From Podarcis vaucheri (taxonomy: Eukaryota): a stretch of 64,000 bases of DNA. The notes beneath the pieces were generated by a model. The model ran no database searches. It saw only the letters and a program-made list of their open reading frames with translations, and was not told the DNA's origin. The stretch lies in NCBI GenBank assembly GCA_965113315.1, contig OZ220363.1; one strand, given 5' to 3'. Made by a program: the position numbers and the translations under genes. Below, piece after piece: positions 26,001 through 39,618 of the stretch (its first letter is position 1; each line of letters begins with the position of its first letter).

Positions 26001-29000
26001 CAGAAAATGGAAGGAATTGAACTGGGAACCGTCTGCATTCGAAGCAAATGCTCTGTGACGGCCACTGAGTCTCAGCCCTCCCCCCATGCCAGTGCTATAG
26101 CAGGTACATGGCTATGCTGGCACTGGGTTCACAAGGGTGCTCAAAGCACAGCTGCTTCCCCTTCTTCCTAGGAAAGATTTCCTAACAGACCACATTTTTT
26201 GCAGACTAAGAAAAAGGAAACCCACAATTGCTGCCTGTTAAACCAGGAGGTTTGATGATATTAACCATCTGGTTGTTGTTGTTTTTTTTTTAAATTCTGG
26301 TGTTTTTTATGTTGTTGGTTTAGTTCCTAATCGGTTTTAATCACACCACCTATTTTTCACAAGGTGGCTTGAGGACCTTAGAAATGTGTCTAAGTTTCAA
26401 AACATCAGTGCTCACAGAAGACTGCAAGAACAATAGTACAGTGGTACCTCGGGTTAAGTACTTAATTCGTTCCGGAGGTCCGTACTTAACCTGAAACTGT
26501 TCTTAACCTGAAGTACCACTTTAGCTAATAGGGCCTCCTGCTGCTGCTGCGCCGCCGGAGCACAATTTCTGTTCTCATCCTGAAGCAAAGTTCTTAACCT
26601 GAAGCACTATTTCTGGGTTAGCAGAGTCTGTAACCTGAAGCGTATGTAACCCAAGGTACCACTGTATGTTGGGAGGACTTAACAAGGGGCTAAGACTGGA
26701 GGGACAATCTGGAGACAAAGAGCATATAAATCTTGAGACGAGGAGAAATTTATCAGATGAGTTACCAGAAATCATCATTTAAAGAATTCCTTCTTCTAAA
26801 GCTGAGAGTACAATGAAAAGTCGGGCCACATTCATGGTGCCTGGGGTATGTGCACTAACTTTATTCAAACTACAACTGACCCCAAATTGCCTTACCCTGG
26901 GCACGTATTATTTGTTCAAGCCAATGCAGTTTTCTTTAATCAAACACACTCTGTGCCCTCAAGGTACAAGCAGACCTTGTGTTGCTTTAATTTTAGGTTC
27001 TTGACACACTATAATCTTCTTTGCTCCAGTACAGAAGAGCGAACTGGATGACCTTCGGATGCTACAATTATGTGATTCTAATAGCACGAATTTCTCCTCT
27101 TACCCATTTTTCTCCAGCATCACTGTAAACACTGATTCGGGGAACACGATCCACCAGCTGAAAAAAGCGAGCTGCAGCTATTTTTGCTTTGGCATAGTTT
27201 GGCGTATAGGAGGATGCTCTTCCTAATGCAGTTCCACTGGTCACAATAGCAGAAATCACCCTGAAATCAGGAAGGAAAGACGTCAGCTTACATGACGCTT
27301 AGGAAGAAGAGCTGCAGGTCTACTATCCTGTTTCCATCAGTGGCCTGCCAACTATGTCAAGCAAGGCTGGAAGGCAACAGCCTCCCCCCCCTCCCCATGG
27401 TTGGTCTCCAATAACTTATATATCCAGAGATATACTGCCTCTTAACACTGAGTTGTCATTCAGTTTTATCATGCCCACAAATGTGTCTGTTGAGAATGCA
27501 CGGTCAACTAACAGGTTCTATTTGGGAAAGATAATTTGTGTGGGTGTGTTTCTGTTCCTTTACCTAAAGACATAGCTGTAGTGAAGTCCTTCCTTGTCAA
27601 CCAAAAATCCTCCATACCGATAGGAGACCGAATTGGCTATAAACAGAATACTCTGTGCAAAACCAAAGCAGAATCCATAAACATTTGCTTTTTTGACTGC
27701 TGCTCTGTAAGGGACTTCCAGCTCTTTCTCATATGCTTCAATAAATTTTTTCTCCTTCCCAATTCCTGCGACAGTCCTGATGTTTGCAAGTGCTTCATTG
27801 GAAATCTGTTGAAAAGAAAAGGAAATGGAGGAGTAGCAAAGAGCTATTAGATGTCAGTGTGAGAGATATGGGCCATACATNNNNNNNNNNNNNNNNNNNN
27901 NNNNNNNNNNNNNNNNNNNNNNNNNNNNNNNNNNNNNNNNNNNNNNNNNNNNNNNNNNNNNNNNNNNNNNNNNNNNNNNNNNNNNNNNNNNNNNNNNNNN
28001 NNNNNNNNNNNNNNNNNNNNNNNNNNNNNNNNNNNNNNNNNNNNNNNNNNNNNNNNNNNNNNNNNNNNNNNNNNNNNNNNNNNNNNNNNNNNNNNNNNNN
28101 NNNNNNNNNNNNNNNNNNNNNNNNNNNNNNNNNNNNNNNNNNNNNNNNNNNNNNNNNNNNNNNNNNNNNNNNNNNNNNNNNNNNNNNNNNNNNNNNNNNN
28201 NNNNNNNNNNNNNNNNNNNNNNNNNNNNNNNNNNNNNNNNNNNNNNNNNNNNNNNNNNNNNNNNNNNNNNNNNNNNNNNNNNNNNNNNNNNNNNNNNNNN
28301 NNNNNNNNNNNNNNNNNNNNNNNNNNNNNNNNNNNNNNNNNNNNNNNNNNNNNNNNNNNNNNNNNNNNNNNNNNNNNNNNNNNNNNNNNNNNNNNNNNNN
28401 NNNNNTGTAAGTTTGGTTTCCACACCAGTTTACTAAGAATCTCTAGTTTTGAACTGATTCAGTTGAACTTACCAAGGTCAGGCCAATGGAGACACTCTAG
28501 GCCCTCATACCCAAATCATCTCCTCAGTCTGAGGAACTTACCTCATTGAATAGCCACACAGACTTACTTTGCTTTTCACTTTGTGTTCCACCTCTAACCC
28601 TTGCCTGTCTATCTCTACCAGCAGCCTGTCTTTGATCATATCCTTGAATTCTATCTCTCTGATCCTTGTCTGCTACCACTGGAACCTGACTACTAGCATA
28701 TCTTTGCCCATGTTCTTGCCTTCTGGCCCTCTTACTGCAGCTAGTTTCAGAATCTGACCAAGGCCTGACCCCAGGTTTCCTAATCTAATATTATTTTTTT
28801 ACTGTACTGGTGACTTTTCCAATATTGGGCAAGAAGAAATTCCTGGCATGGGTTCTCATATCTGGGCGAGGGTGATGCTGTCTACATAAGCATCTTAAGT
28901 ACACATTGACAATAGAGCTAAACAAACAAATGGCTTGTCTTAGCTTGTTCTGCTCCTATTCTTTATCACATTCTTAAGTTGCTGGTAATAGCTGTGGACA

Positions 29001-30097
29001 GACACCGTTCTCTCATTGTAGGCTTTTACGCCATTTCTTCTGCGTAGCTATACTGTCACTTTCAGTCCTATTATCAAACTTTTAGCAGCTTCGGCTGATT
29101 CTCTGGCTGCATCCCTAACTGGAGAAAGAAAGGAGATTCAGTCCTGGTTACATCCGGATTAGACTACTGTAACACACTCTACACAGGGCTGCCTTTTGCA
29201 GACAGTTCAGAAGCCTCAGCTGGTGCAAACTGAAGTTGCTTGTGGAGGCTAAGGACATATGTAAGATAGATTGTGTACCAGTTACACTGGCTGCCAGTAC
29301 ATGTCAAGGCCCACTTAAAGCACTCCCCCTTTGTGATTTGGATGCCCATATATGCAATGCCAAGTGCATCTTTCAACTCTATCCAACCAATTGCAACCAG
29401 AAGCTAAAGACTTTATTTACCCTCTGAAGTCACACTGCCCTTCTGAGAAGAAAAATCAGGCTTCCAAGGAACAGAGACTTTAAAATACTGCTTGACAAGT
29501 AGCGGGGGGCGGGGGGGCGGACATTTCAACCCTACATGGCTATGCCAAGCCCAAAATGCCTGTTATCATTGACAACACTGGATGATTGCATTGTTACTCA
29601 CCATCTCATTTAATCTTAAATGATGTGCTTTTTTGTAGTTGTTTTAAACATTACCTTCCCAGTTGCTTCCAATGCTTGTTTGTCCTGAGAGGCAAACCCT
29701 GTTAGCATCTGAGACTGCACCACACCAGATAAAGCCAAGAATGGCAAGAAGCAGATGATGACCAAGCTGAGCTTCCAACTGAAGTAGAAAGCAATAACAA
29801 TGGCCACCCCAATGTTGGTGACGGAGTTCACAATCATTCCTATCTGGCTGCCGGTTGCCTTAAAATAAGCAAAAGGAAAAAAAGGAAGAAGAAAAAGATC
29901 ACCAACACACTCTCCCACATTAAGCACTGGGACACTTTTTGCTACCTCAAAGCTGTGAAGGAAGGAGAGCTATTGTTTAACACCCAGCTACTATTGCCAA
30001 GCAAAGAGTTAGAAGGGATTTTGGAGATAATCAGTTGCACAGCCACCTTCTCAGTGCAGGATCTGCAGTGCAGCCTCTCTGATAGATAGCCATTCAG

Positions 30098-30147
<50 letters not shown>

Positions 30148-33100
30148 TTATTATTTATACCCCGCCCATCTGGCTGGGTTTCCCCAGCCACTCTGGGCAG
30201 CTTCCAACAGAATATTAAAATACAATAACCTATTAAACATTAAAAGCTTCCCTAAACAGGGCTGCCTTCAGATGTCTTCTAAAAGTCTGGTAGTTGTTTA
30301 TTTCCTTGACATCTGATGGGAGGGCATTCCACAGGGCGGGTGCCACTACCGAGAAGGCCCTCTGCCTGGTTTCCTGTAACCAGGATGTTGAAACACCTCC
30401 AGTGAAGGCAGTCTGAAGCAGTCTGTCCCACTGCCAAACAGCTCTTTCCATTACAAAGTTTCTCCAGAAAATTTTATCCGAAATCTATTTCCCTGAAGTG
30501 TTCTAGACCCACCTTCAGGAACAAGGAGACTGAGCAAGGATGTGTTGCCAAAGCACCTCTTTTTCCTGCCTATGTTACTGAAAAACCTCTGGCGCTCCTA
30601 ATTGTGAAAACAGGCCCATCAGCAACACACTCATGGAGAGGGTCTGCAATGGCTAAGCCGCCCTCATGGCTGCAATGGGCTTTGTTCATTTCCCCCAGTT
30701 TGTAGCAACCTTCCAAGAAGTGGCATATGGGAAGATAAGTTGGGTCCAAAGTGTGAATTATGGATTTGAAAGGAATTCCCATTTATGCTGTCTGCCCCTC
30801 TCGTTTAGGCCTGTATCTCAACCACTTCAGACTGCAGGTGGGGGCTCAAATGAGGGAACAGCTATACACCCCCATTGCCTCTGTACATGGGAAATTGAAC
30901 ATTAAGGGGAAGAGTCCGAGGCTGTTCCCTGATGTGCTTGGTTTTTTGAGTAGGAATCTTTGAATTTAATCTGTGAAGAATCATTCCTTCATGTAAGCCC
31001 ACACTTGGGAACGAAATGGTACAACTGAGACACAGCTTTATCATTTCAGTGAGAACTAGGTCATATACTTTTGGCTGAACGTTGAATGCTAAAAGATGCT
31101 CCAGTGTAAAATAAAATAAAATATCAAGATGCGAAATAGCCATTTTTTCTTCAAATCACCTTACCAGCAGCTTTCATTTCTATGGATTTTCAGAGGCATG
31201 TTTATCCAATAAACCCATGGCAATAATTATCTTGTCTCAATTTGATTGAGTGGATGCCCAGCTGATGTGGCAATATCTGAATTGTGTTAGCTACTTTTAT
31301 ATAAAATCTCTTACCCCTTGAACCTGAGAGGCATCAGTTGCTAGTCTTGTGGTCAAAGCCCCCGGGCTGTTCCTGTGGTCATCAAACCAACCAATTTCTT
31401 CACCAAGCATGGCCTCGAAGCCAACCTTCCTTAGCCGTCTTGTAAGAAGCTCACCAGATTTTGCAAATGTATATCCCTGAAATGCATTTAAAGAATGTGT
31501 AAGTCTAGACATGCCAGCCACAAGGCACCTAAAAACGAGTAAAGAAAAGAAACGGAACAGCCAATCTTAATGGTCATTTACCTGTAAAAACTGTGTAAAA
31601 AATGATATAACTCCAACCAATACAAAGAGCAGGCAGATGCCGTTGATCTGCAATCTTTGTTCTTCTTCATCCAGGATAGAAAAGGTCTTTTGGGAAAGAA
31701 AAGAAAGGGCCATAATATTAAGTGCCAACTAAAACAGTATAATTTTATTATCTATTTAGGCAATTTATACACGGCTTCATTATAATCATCTCTAAGCAGT
31801 GAATTGAGAGTCTCTACTTCAGAATTCATGTCACATGATTGCAATGATATTGGAAATCATAGGATCATGCAATCTAGCCCATGGGTAGTCTGCAGATGTT
31901 ATTGGACTCCAACTGACAGCCTGCATGGCCAGTGGCCATGGCTGTTGTAAATTGTAGGGGGTCACTGTATTGGGTACCTCTGATTTAGCACATTTTGGTT
32001 TTACAGTTGCCTTGAGTATTGTTTGTGTGAGAACTCAGTGGAGTGCTGCCAGCAAATTTTGCCTAGTACAGCACTGGAAGGATAGATCCTGAAGCTGAGG
32101 CTCCAATACTTTGACCACCTCATGAGAAGAGAAGACTCCCTTGAAAAGACCCTGATGTTGGGAAAGATGGAGGGCACAAGGAGAAGGGGACGACAGAGAA
32201 TGAGATGGTTGGATGGTGTTCTCGAAGCTACCAGCATGAGTTTGACCAAACTGCGGGAGGCAGTGGAAGACAGGAGGGCCTGGCGTGCTCTGGTCCATGG
32301 GGTCACGAAGAGTCGGACTCGACTAAACGACTAAACAACAACAACTATTGAATTTCCCCAAATGTAATCAATAGGCTATAGATTTTTTTATAAGGGACTT
32401 TTCCTCTACCTAAGTACAGCTTGGTACTAAAAAAATAAAGTGGTGCCAGGCCTCAAATCTGTCAGGAGGAGAAGCCATTCTCTCTAATCTGAAATATATT
32501 TGGTTCTACTATAGTGGATCAGACAAAGTGAATATTATTTTTCTATCTCTCTTAACCTCTTTTCTGTTTTTTCTTTCTTTTTCCTTCTCCATTTCTCTAC
32601 CCTCCCCCCAATTTCTGTGTTTTTATTGTATCTCTATAAAAGTCTTGGCTTGGTGAAAAAATGGGGAAATGTATCAAATTTTGTATTTTTCTCTATACGC
32701 TTTCATAAAATTTATTTTTAAAAAATGAAATGTATTTGTTTCATATAGAATAATTACCCTACTTTTCTTTATGTAGTTCGAGGCGATAAATAGCATAATT
32801 ATAATAAAACACTATTAAAACCATTAAGAAAAAGGAGGTGTTGAGAATATCAGGCCAGCAAATTAAACTGTGTTTCAGTAGTTGCTGCAGGGAAGTATCC
32901 CATTTAAATGGTGTGTGTGCTATTCATAACTGATGGCACTATGTTTAATACCTGGGTTTCAAAAACAAAGGATTAGTCTGCACCAAGAAACTAGAGAACT
33001 TGGACCCAACTGAAGTACAAACAAATCACTGACGTGGGGGGAAAAACCTCACAAAAATCTTCCATGCAGCTTTTAAGAGGCATAAGGGACTAATAACCAG

Positions 33101-36100
33101 AGGAGAACAATGGCAAGTAGCGAGTCTCTGAAAAAGTCAGGTTTTAAAAGCCCTTCAATCCGCTAATAAGTCTTCAGAGAAGGAGCAGAAGGCTCAGCAA
33201 GTCCCACTGCCTCTTTTTTGGTAAGCATTTATTTAAAACGTTCCCCTAATCCTCATAAAGTCAGCTGCAATCACATGCTCACTGGGAAATGTAAAACTAA
33301 ATGTGTGTGTGTGTCAAAACTCAAATGGAAAAACAGGAAGTTTTCTGCTTTCTTATAAACATGCCCAAAGCCCCACATCCGTGTCATTAAGAGACACTAT
33401 AATCAGTGTGCCTTCAAGGGAGGGCATAGATCCTGTTTGTTAACTCTTTGGGACATTTGTTTTAGAGGTCAACAAGCTACCTGTTATCTTTGGCAGAATG
33501 GGAAAAGTAGCCAATAGGAAAAAGTATGAGCGCTCAAAGAGGGGTCATTCTTTATGCTCGTTAAATCCATCCCTCCCCACCCCCCATGTCTTTCGGACAA
33601 GTTTTTTGAGCCACCAGTTCACAGGCATGTTGACAACAACAGACTTAAACACTAACTTTTAAAGCAATTGCTCTCAAGCTATAAATGCTGATCTCTGAAG
33701 TTTGATCTTCCAGACTTGCTAACTAACTTTTACACTATCGCCAGGTCATGAAACACGTGCTTGTGTTCCCGTTTGATGTTTGTCTATGCAGGACAAATCT
33801 TAGTAAGTCAACTAATCTGTAACTACGTACTCCAAACTGATTAGAAGAAGCAAACGGAGACTGTATGTAGCCTTGTCAACTATGAAAATCCTTTAATAAA
33901 AACTAAGTTGAGCAGAAGCATTTCCCACAACAGCTGGATTCTAGTCTTCAAGTTTGCCCCCTTAAAAAGAAGGGATCTGCCTTGGAGCTAAACATTATAG
34001 GTAGAGGAAACCTTGGACTCAGCTACTTTAGTCAAGAAACAGCATTCTAAATGCGTTATAAATATGCAACACCAGATTGAGCCAGAGAAGGGGTGTGGTG
34101 GGGGATTCTAAGCAATTTCCCATAGCTTTTTTTCTTTTGTTATAAAGATTTAATTTCTGACTTATTTATAGCATTTCTGCCCTGTGTGTAGATCCATCCC
34201 TTGTGTCTGTAGCAGTGGCGTAGCGTGGGGTGTGCAGGGGGGCCCGGCCGCACCGGGCACAACATCTGGGGGTTAGGGTTAGGGGGTGCAAATCCACGGG
34301 TTAGGGGGCGCAAATTACTTGCCTTGCCCCGGGTGCTGACAACCCACGCTACGCCACTGGTCTGTAGCAAGTAGATGGATCAGGACACAAGTTCTGGCCC
34401 CATTGTTAGAGGCAGTATGCTCTGGATGCCCGTGGTTGTGAACCACAAGTAGTTATCTATTGCACTCAAATCCTGTGGGTGTCCTTCCCTATAGGCATCT
34501 ATGAAAACAGAATGCTGGGCTAGTTGAGGTGTTTAGACTTGATACCCCGCCTTTCACTCCCCTTAAGGAGTCTCAAAGCAGCTAACAATCTCCTTTTCCT
34601 CCCCCCCCACAACAAACACTCTGTGAGGTGAGTGGGGCTGAGAGACTTCAAAGAAGTGTGACTGGCCCAAGATCACCCAGCAGCTGCATGTGGAGGAGCG
34701 AAGACACGAACCCAGTTCCCCAGATTACGAGTCCACCGCTCTTAACCACTACACCACACTGGCTCTCAGTTGGCAGAGGGAGCGTGTTCCATTTTGCTAC
34801 CTAAGGTGAAACAGGAAGGTGCCACCCACTACCTCTCCACCAAATCCTCGCTCGCCAGGGCTGCTCAGTGTGTGGTTTCCTGGTTCTGTCAAGATCTCAC
34901 AAGAGAGCTATAAGATCCCAGAAACCACAGCTGCTTATTGCTTCTGCAGTGGCAATGATGGCGGCGGGGCACCCCTGCCACAGGTGTTCTGCAGATGGCC
35001 AATGTGCTTCATTTTTTCTAGGAAATGGGATTAGCTGACTCCCAAAAGGAGATGCTTTGTTCACAATAAAACAGAGCAGTGGAATAAATTATGGCTGTCT
35101 TCGCATTAACTTTCACCCAATACTGCTGCCCAAAGTCGATCAACATTGAGTTTAAGTGACTATAAAATGCACAGTGCAAAAAGGGAGCAATATATGCATT
35201 TGCTTTCTAAAAGCATATAATGCCTTCATGGGAGTCTGTCAGCATGCCTGTTTTGTTGTTTTGATAAAACCATGCAAAGGGGTTCTTCAAAGCCTTTGTG
35301 GCTTTAGTGCCGGTGAATTTAATTCACTACCAGCACTGGCTATTGTGTCTGTGAGTTTACTGTCTAATAATAAAATGCCTCCATACTTCAGTCAGGTAGG
35401 AAAGGGATAAAGTATTTTTTGGAATATTGTAAATGTAGAAAAGCAGACCCTTATTATATTGCTCACTTCTTTATAGAATCATAGAATTGTAGAGTTGGAA
35501 GGGAGCATGAGGGCTATCTAGCCCAACCCCTGGCAATATAGGAATCTTTCACCTAATGTAAGACTCGAACCCAGGACCCTGAGATTAAGAGTTTCATGCT
35601 CTAATGACTGAGCTATTTATGATTACTAGGATGCCATGGAATTTATCAAGGGGAAGAGGGCATATAATTATTCTTCTCTTTTCAGATTTAAGGTTGCAGT
35701 CCAATGCACAGTTTTATGGGGAGATGTCTCCGTGAACTCAGGGGAATTTGCCAAACAAACAATACTCAGAGTCTTCTACTTGTTTCTCTTGAAAGTAGCC
35801 ATTGGTGTGAGGTGGAGGGATGCTCCAAGCTTAATCAAATTAACAGTACTGAGGTATGGGGGAAGAGAGGTACCTGAATTACGCCTGTCTCCTCCTCTCC
35901 ACTCCCAGCAGGGCCAATTGCAGGATGTGTGTATGTGTGTGTGTGATTTCAATCGAGAAATGTATGGAAGACAAGGCTGGACGCCCCCCCCCCCCCAGTG
36001 CTGCTGCTCAAATAACTGCTTTAAAGGAGAAAGAAAAATGAAACCCTTTGGAGATCTGAAATATCTCCTTTATCACCATAGTGCCTACATATATGAAAAT

Positions 36101-37334
36101 ATGTCCGCCTCCTAGAATGCATGAAACTGGCTCTTAATGCAAGACCCCAACCCCCCTGCTCATCTCCAGAATACTGGTGTTTATGGGTCTGTTGAGGAAA
36201 CAGTCATGTCTTTTTTTGCAACTGACTCAACCCACAAGTTTCAATCATACATTCTCCAACAGTTTACAAAACTGTTGGTGGGCCTGTCATTGTAACAGAA
36301 GACCCTCCTTCCCAAGATAGACCTCTCCCCACCACCACCAATGAATTCCAGAGCACCCCCAGAAGCCTATGAACCTCAAGATTCTGGAATGCCGCTGCCC
36401 GGTCCTTGGGGTCTGCTGGGAGAGCCAATTGTCAACAGTCCCCTTCCCCAACCTGATGTTCTGCATGGGAATTGGGCAAATGACCACGAATGTTCAAAAA
36501 CTACTAAAAGCACCAAGCCAAAATGTTGGAAATGAAGCAATAAGGACTGCTTGGCACACTGTTGGCACGCAGTTGTCCTGCATAATACAAGGGTAGTGAA
36601 AAACCATATTCAATACAAGAAGGAGGAAATTGGTCATGACCTACTCCAAGAATCTGACTGAAAAGCAAGGCATAGAGTGGGTTGACTGCCCCGTTGAAGC
36701 CTGCTCCAAGGGATCCAATCAGCATGTAGGGCCATTCAGGAGCATTGTATTTCAGAATTCTGGTAACATTAGCAGGCTTCACTTCTTCCACTTTCACAGC
36801 CGTTGGCTCCTAAAAGAGAAAACGGGCAAATATGTTGATATTCTTCTTTCCGTGCTGCCCAGTAGAAACTTCGAGGAAGGGTTATACAGCGAGCTTTTCA
36901 AGAGGACCAGAGAAAGGAAACAAAATGGATGTTTTTGTCAAATAACGACCTTCTTAAATGGACTGTCATCTTCTTCATACTGCCCGGTGCTATAGATATG
37001 CTCCGAATGGTTCTGGGCAACTGACATTGGGTGGTCCGGTACTATATTTGACAACTGAGATCTGGAACGCTGTCGAAGGGAAGCTCTATGAAAGAATAAA
37101 GAGAAAAGGTGAAGTCTTAGGAACAGCAGTTTAAGGAATTTGCATCTAGCGTTATTACTTATCACGATCATAGTTTACGGAAATACTTACTATACCTATA
37201 TCCTGAGATTTATGGCACAAAGCTTGACATGTTTGCTCAGAAGTAAGTCCCACTAAGTTCAAAGGGGAAACTTCCAAATAAGGGCTCCTCACAGTATTAA
37301 GCCTTCATCCCGATTTGTTTGCACAAAACTTAAA

Positions 37335-37369
<35 letters not shown>

Positions 37370-39582
37370 TATTATTAATTAACAAGCCTTCTGCTCCTGT
37401 CCCTTTGCCAGTTCATAGAATACCCATTCTCAATAGTGGGCTGATTCTCATTAAAAAAATAAAACTGCCAGGTCAAACTCCAAAAGAAACTGGTTGCTGC
37501 CTGTCATATTGGGAGGCGCCCAGAGTGGCTGGGGAAACTCAGCCAGATGGGCAGGGTATAAATAATAAATTACCATCATCATCATCATCATCATCATTAT
37601 CATCATCATCATCATCATCATCATATGTCTAGGGGTGCTACATCCTTTTTCCTCACCTGAAGCAAAACAGGAACGTGCTGTTACAAGGCTGCATTGTGTT
37701 GTGTTTTGTCCCCCACTGAAAGGCTTACCTCAAGCTGTCCCGATAACTTCCCCTGACGAAAGACTGCGTTTTCTCAAGATTTGGTTCGGCTGCTGTAAAA
37801 CAAAGCCAAAGAAGCCCATCAGAAAGTGAGATCATCCATTCCATTCTTATATTTTGGTATGTGTTTACAGTGTATAAAGCAAACCCGTTACAAGGCTGAA
37901 AGTTTTTGCTTCATGGTGGTTTGCTAAATAGTCTACCTGAAGCACAGCAATTCTCTTTAGTTCAAAAAAGCGTGAGCTTAACTTAAAGTACACTTATTTG
38001 GCAGAGCAGCTTTTTAAGGGTCCTGGATGTGCTCCTTTAGCAGCCCATCAGTTGTCCACACATGGTCCTATGGCCCCATGTTGAGCTGTATGGCAATCAC
38101 TGGATCTGCAAAAGGAAGCTATGAAGAACAATGCTCTTTGCATGTACAAAGCACAGACCACTAGCACATGAAAGGTCTTGAGCAGCTGCCACACTAAGGA
38201 TAGAAGCGAGCAGACATAGGAGCCAACTCCTAGGGGTCAATGTCCCTTTGCCCCCCCAAACTATTTGAAGCCCCCCCACCCCAAGTTGAGACAGGCATTG
38301 CCAGTCAAATGGTGTGCATACATTGTGTCTTGCGATCTATTATGTGGGGTGGGGCTTACCTGCCCTCCCCCCAATATTTTATTCGAGTTGGCACACCTGC
38401 GAGCAGAAAAGCTACATGTTTTTGTTGGGGTGTACCACTTCAAGCGGGATGGGGGTGGTGCTGTGGGTTAAACCACAGAGCCTAGGGCTTGCCGATCAGA
38501 AGGTCGGTGGTTCGGATCCCTGCGACGGGGTGAGCTCCCGTTGCTTGGTCCCTGCTCCTGCCAACCTAGCAGTTCGAAAGCACGTCAAAGTGCAAGTAGA
38601 TAAATAGGTACCGCTCTGGCGGGAAGGTAAACAGTGTTTCCGTGCACTGCTCTGGTTCGCCAGAAGCGGCTTAGTCATGCTGGCCACATGACCAGCTGTA
38701 TGCCGGCTCCCTCAGCCAATAAAGCGAGATGAGCGGAACAACCCCAGAGTCGGTCACGACTGGACCTAATGGTACCTTTACCATTACCACTTCAAGCTAC
38801 AAGGGGTAGCTTGCATGTTCGAATATTCCCTCACCTCAAATTATCACTGCAAATACACAGCTAGAATGTCAAGATATGAAAGCTAAATTATAACCATTTT
38901 ATCCTGATGTACTGATTTTACAGATACAGATATGTTTCATTCCGAGCAGAATTCAAGCATGCAGTCTCCCCTCCTACACTCTGAAATGGTGAATCGCAGC
39001 ACTCTGTCCTTAGTTTATTCTCACAAATGCAGGGGACAATGGCTCAAGGCTGCTATAATTTTCTTCTTCACTGGTGATTAGGGAACACAGTGGGAATGGA
39101 AGCAGCCCTGAGACTTAACAATTTTAACAAGATGTTAAACTGTTTTTATATGCAACAACTGCGGCAAGAGTATTGTTAGCCCAGAAATGGAAACAAGAAG
39201 AAATTCCGATGAAAGAAGAATGGCAGACGAAATTAATGGACTATGCAGAATTGGACAAAATGACAGGAAGGATTCGAAACCTGCGGGACCAGAAATTTAC
39301 AGTAGATTGGAAGACGTATATGAATTATTTGAAGAGCAACTGTAATCAACAAATTATGCTAGTAGGACTACAAGAAGTTTTGTAAGGAGAAATATACGAA
39401 GTGTTACAAAGTAGAAAAAGATAAAGATATTGGTTATGAGTTTGAAATGCAATAGGGAAGATAAGAAATGCATACTAAGAGATTAGATTGGAAAATTTTC
39501 AGACAGGATTGATGGAAGTAAAAAAAATGAATAGGATGTAAAAGTATGTTTAATTACTGTTGAAAATGGTATGTTAAAAAAC

Positions 39583-39618
<36 letters not shown>

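Noticed and set aside
27784-28425. Long ORFs across N-runs (also 24786-25166)
   Set aside because: Artefacts of assembly gaps
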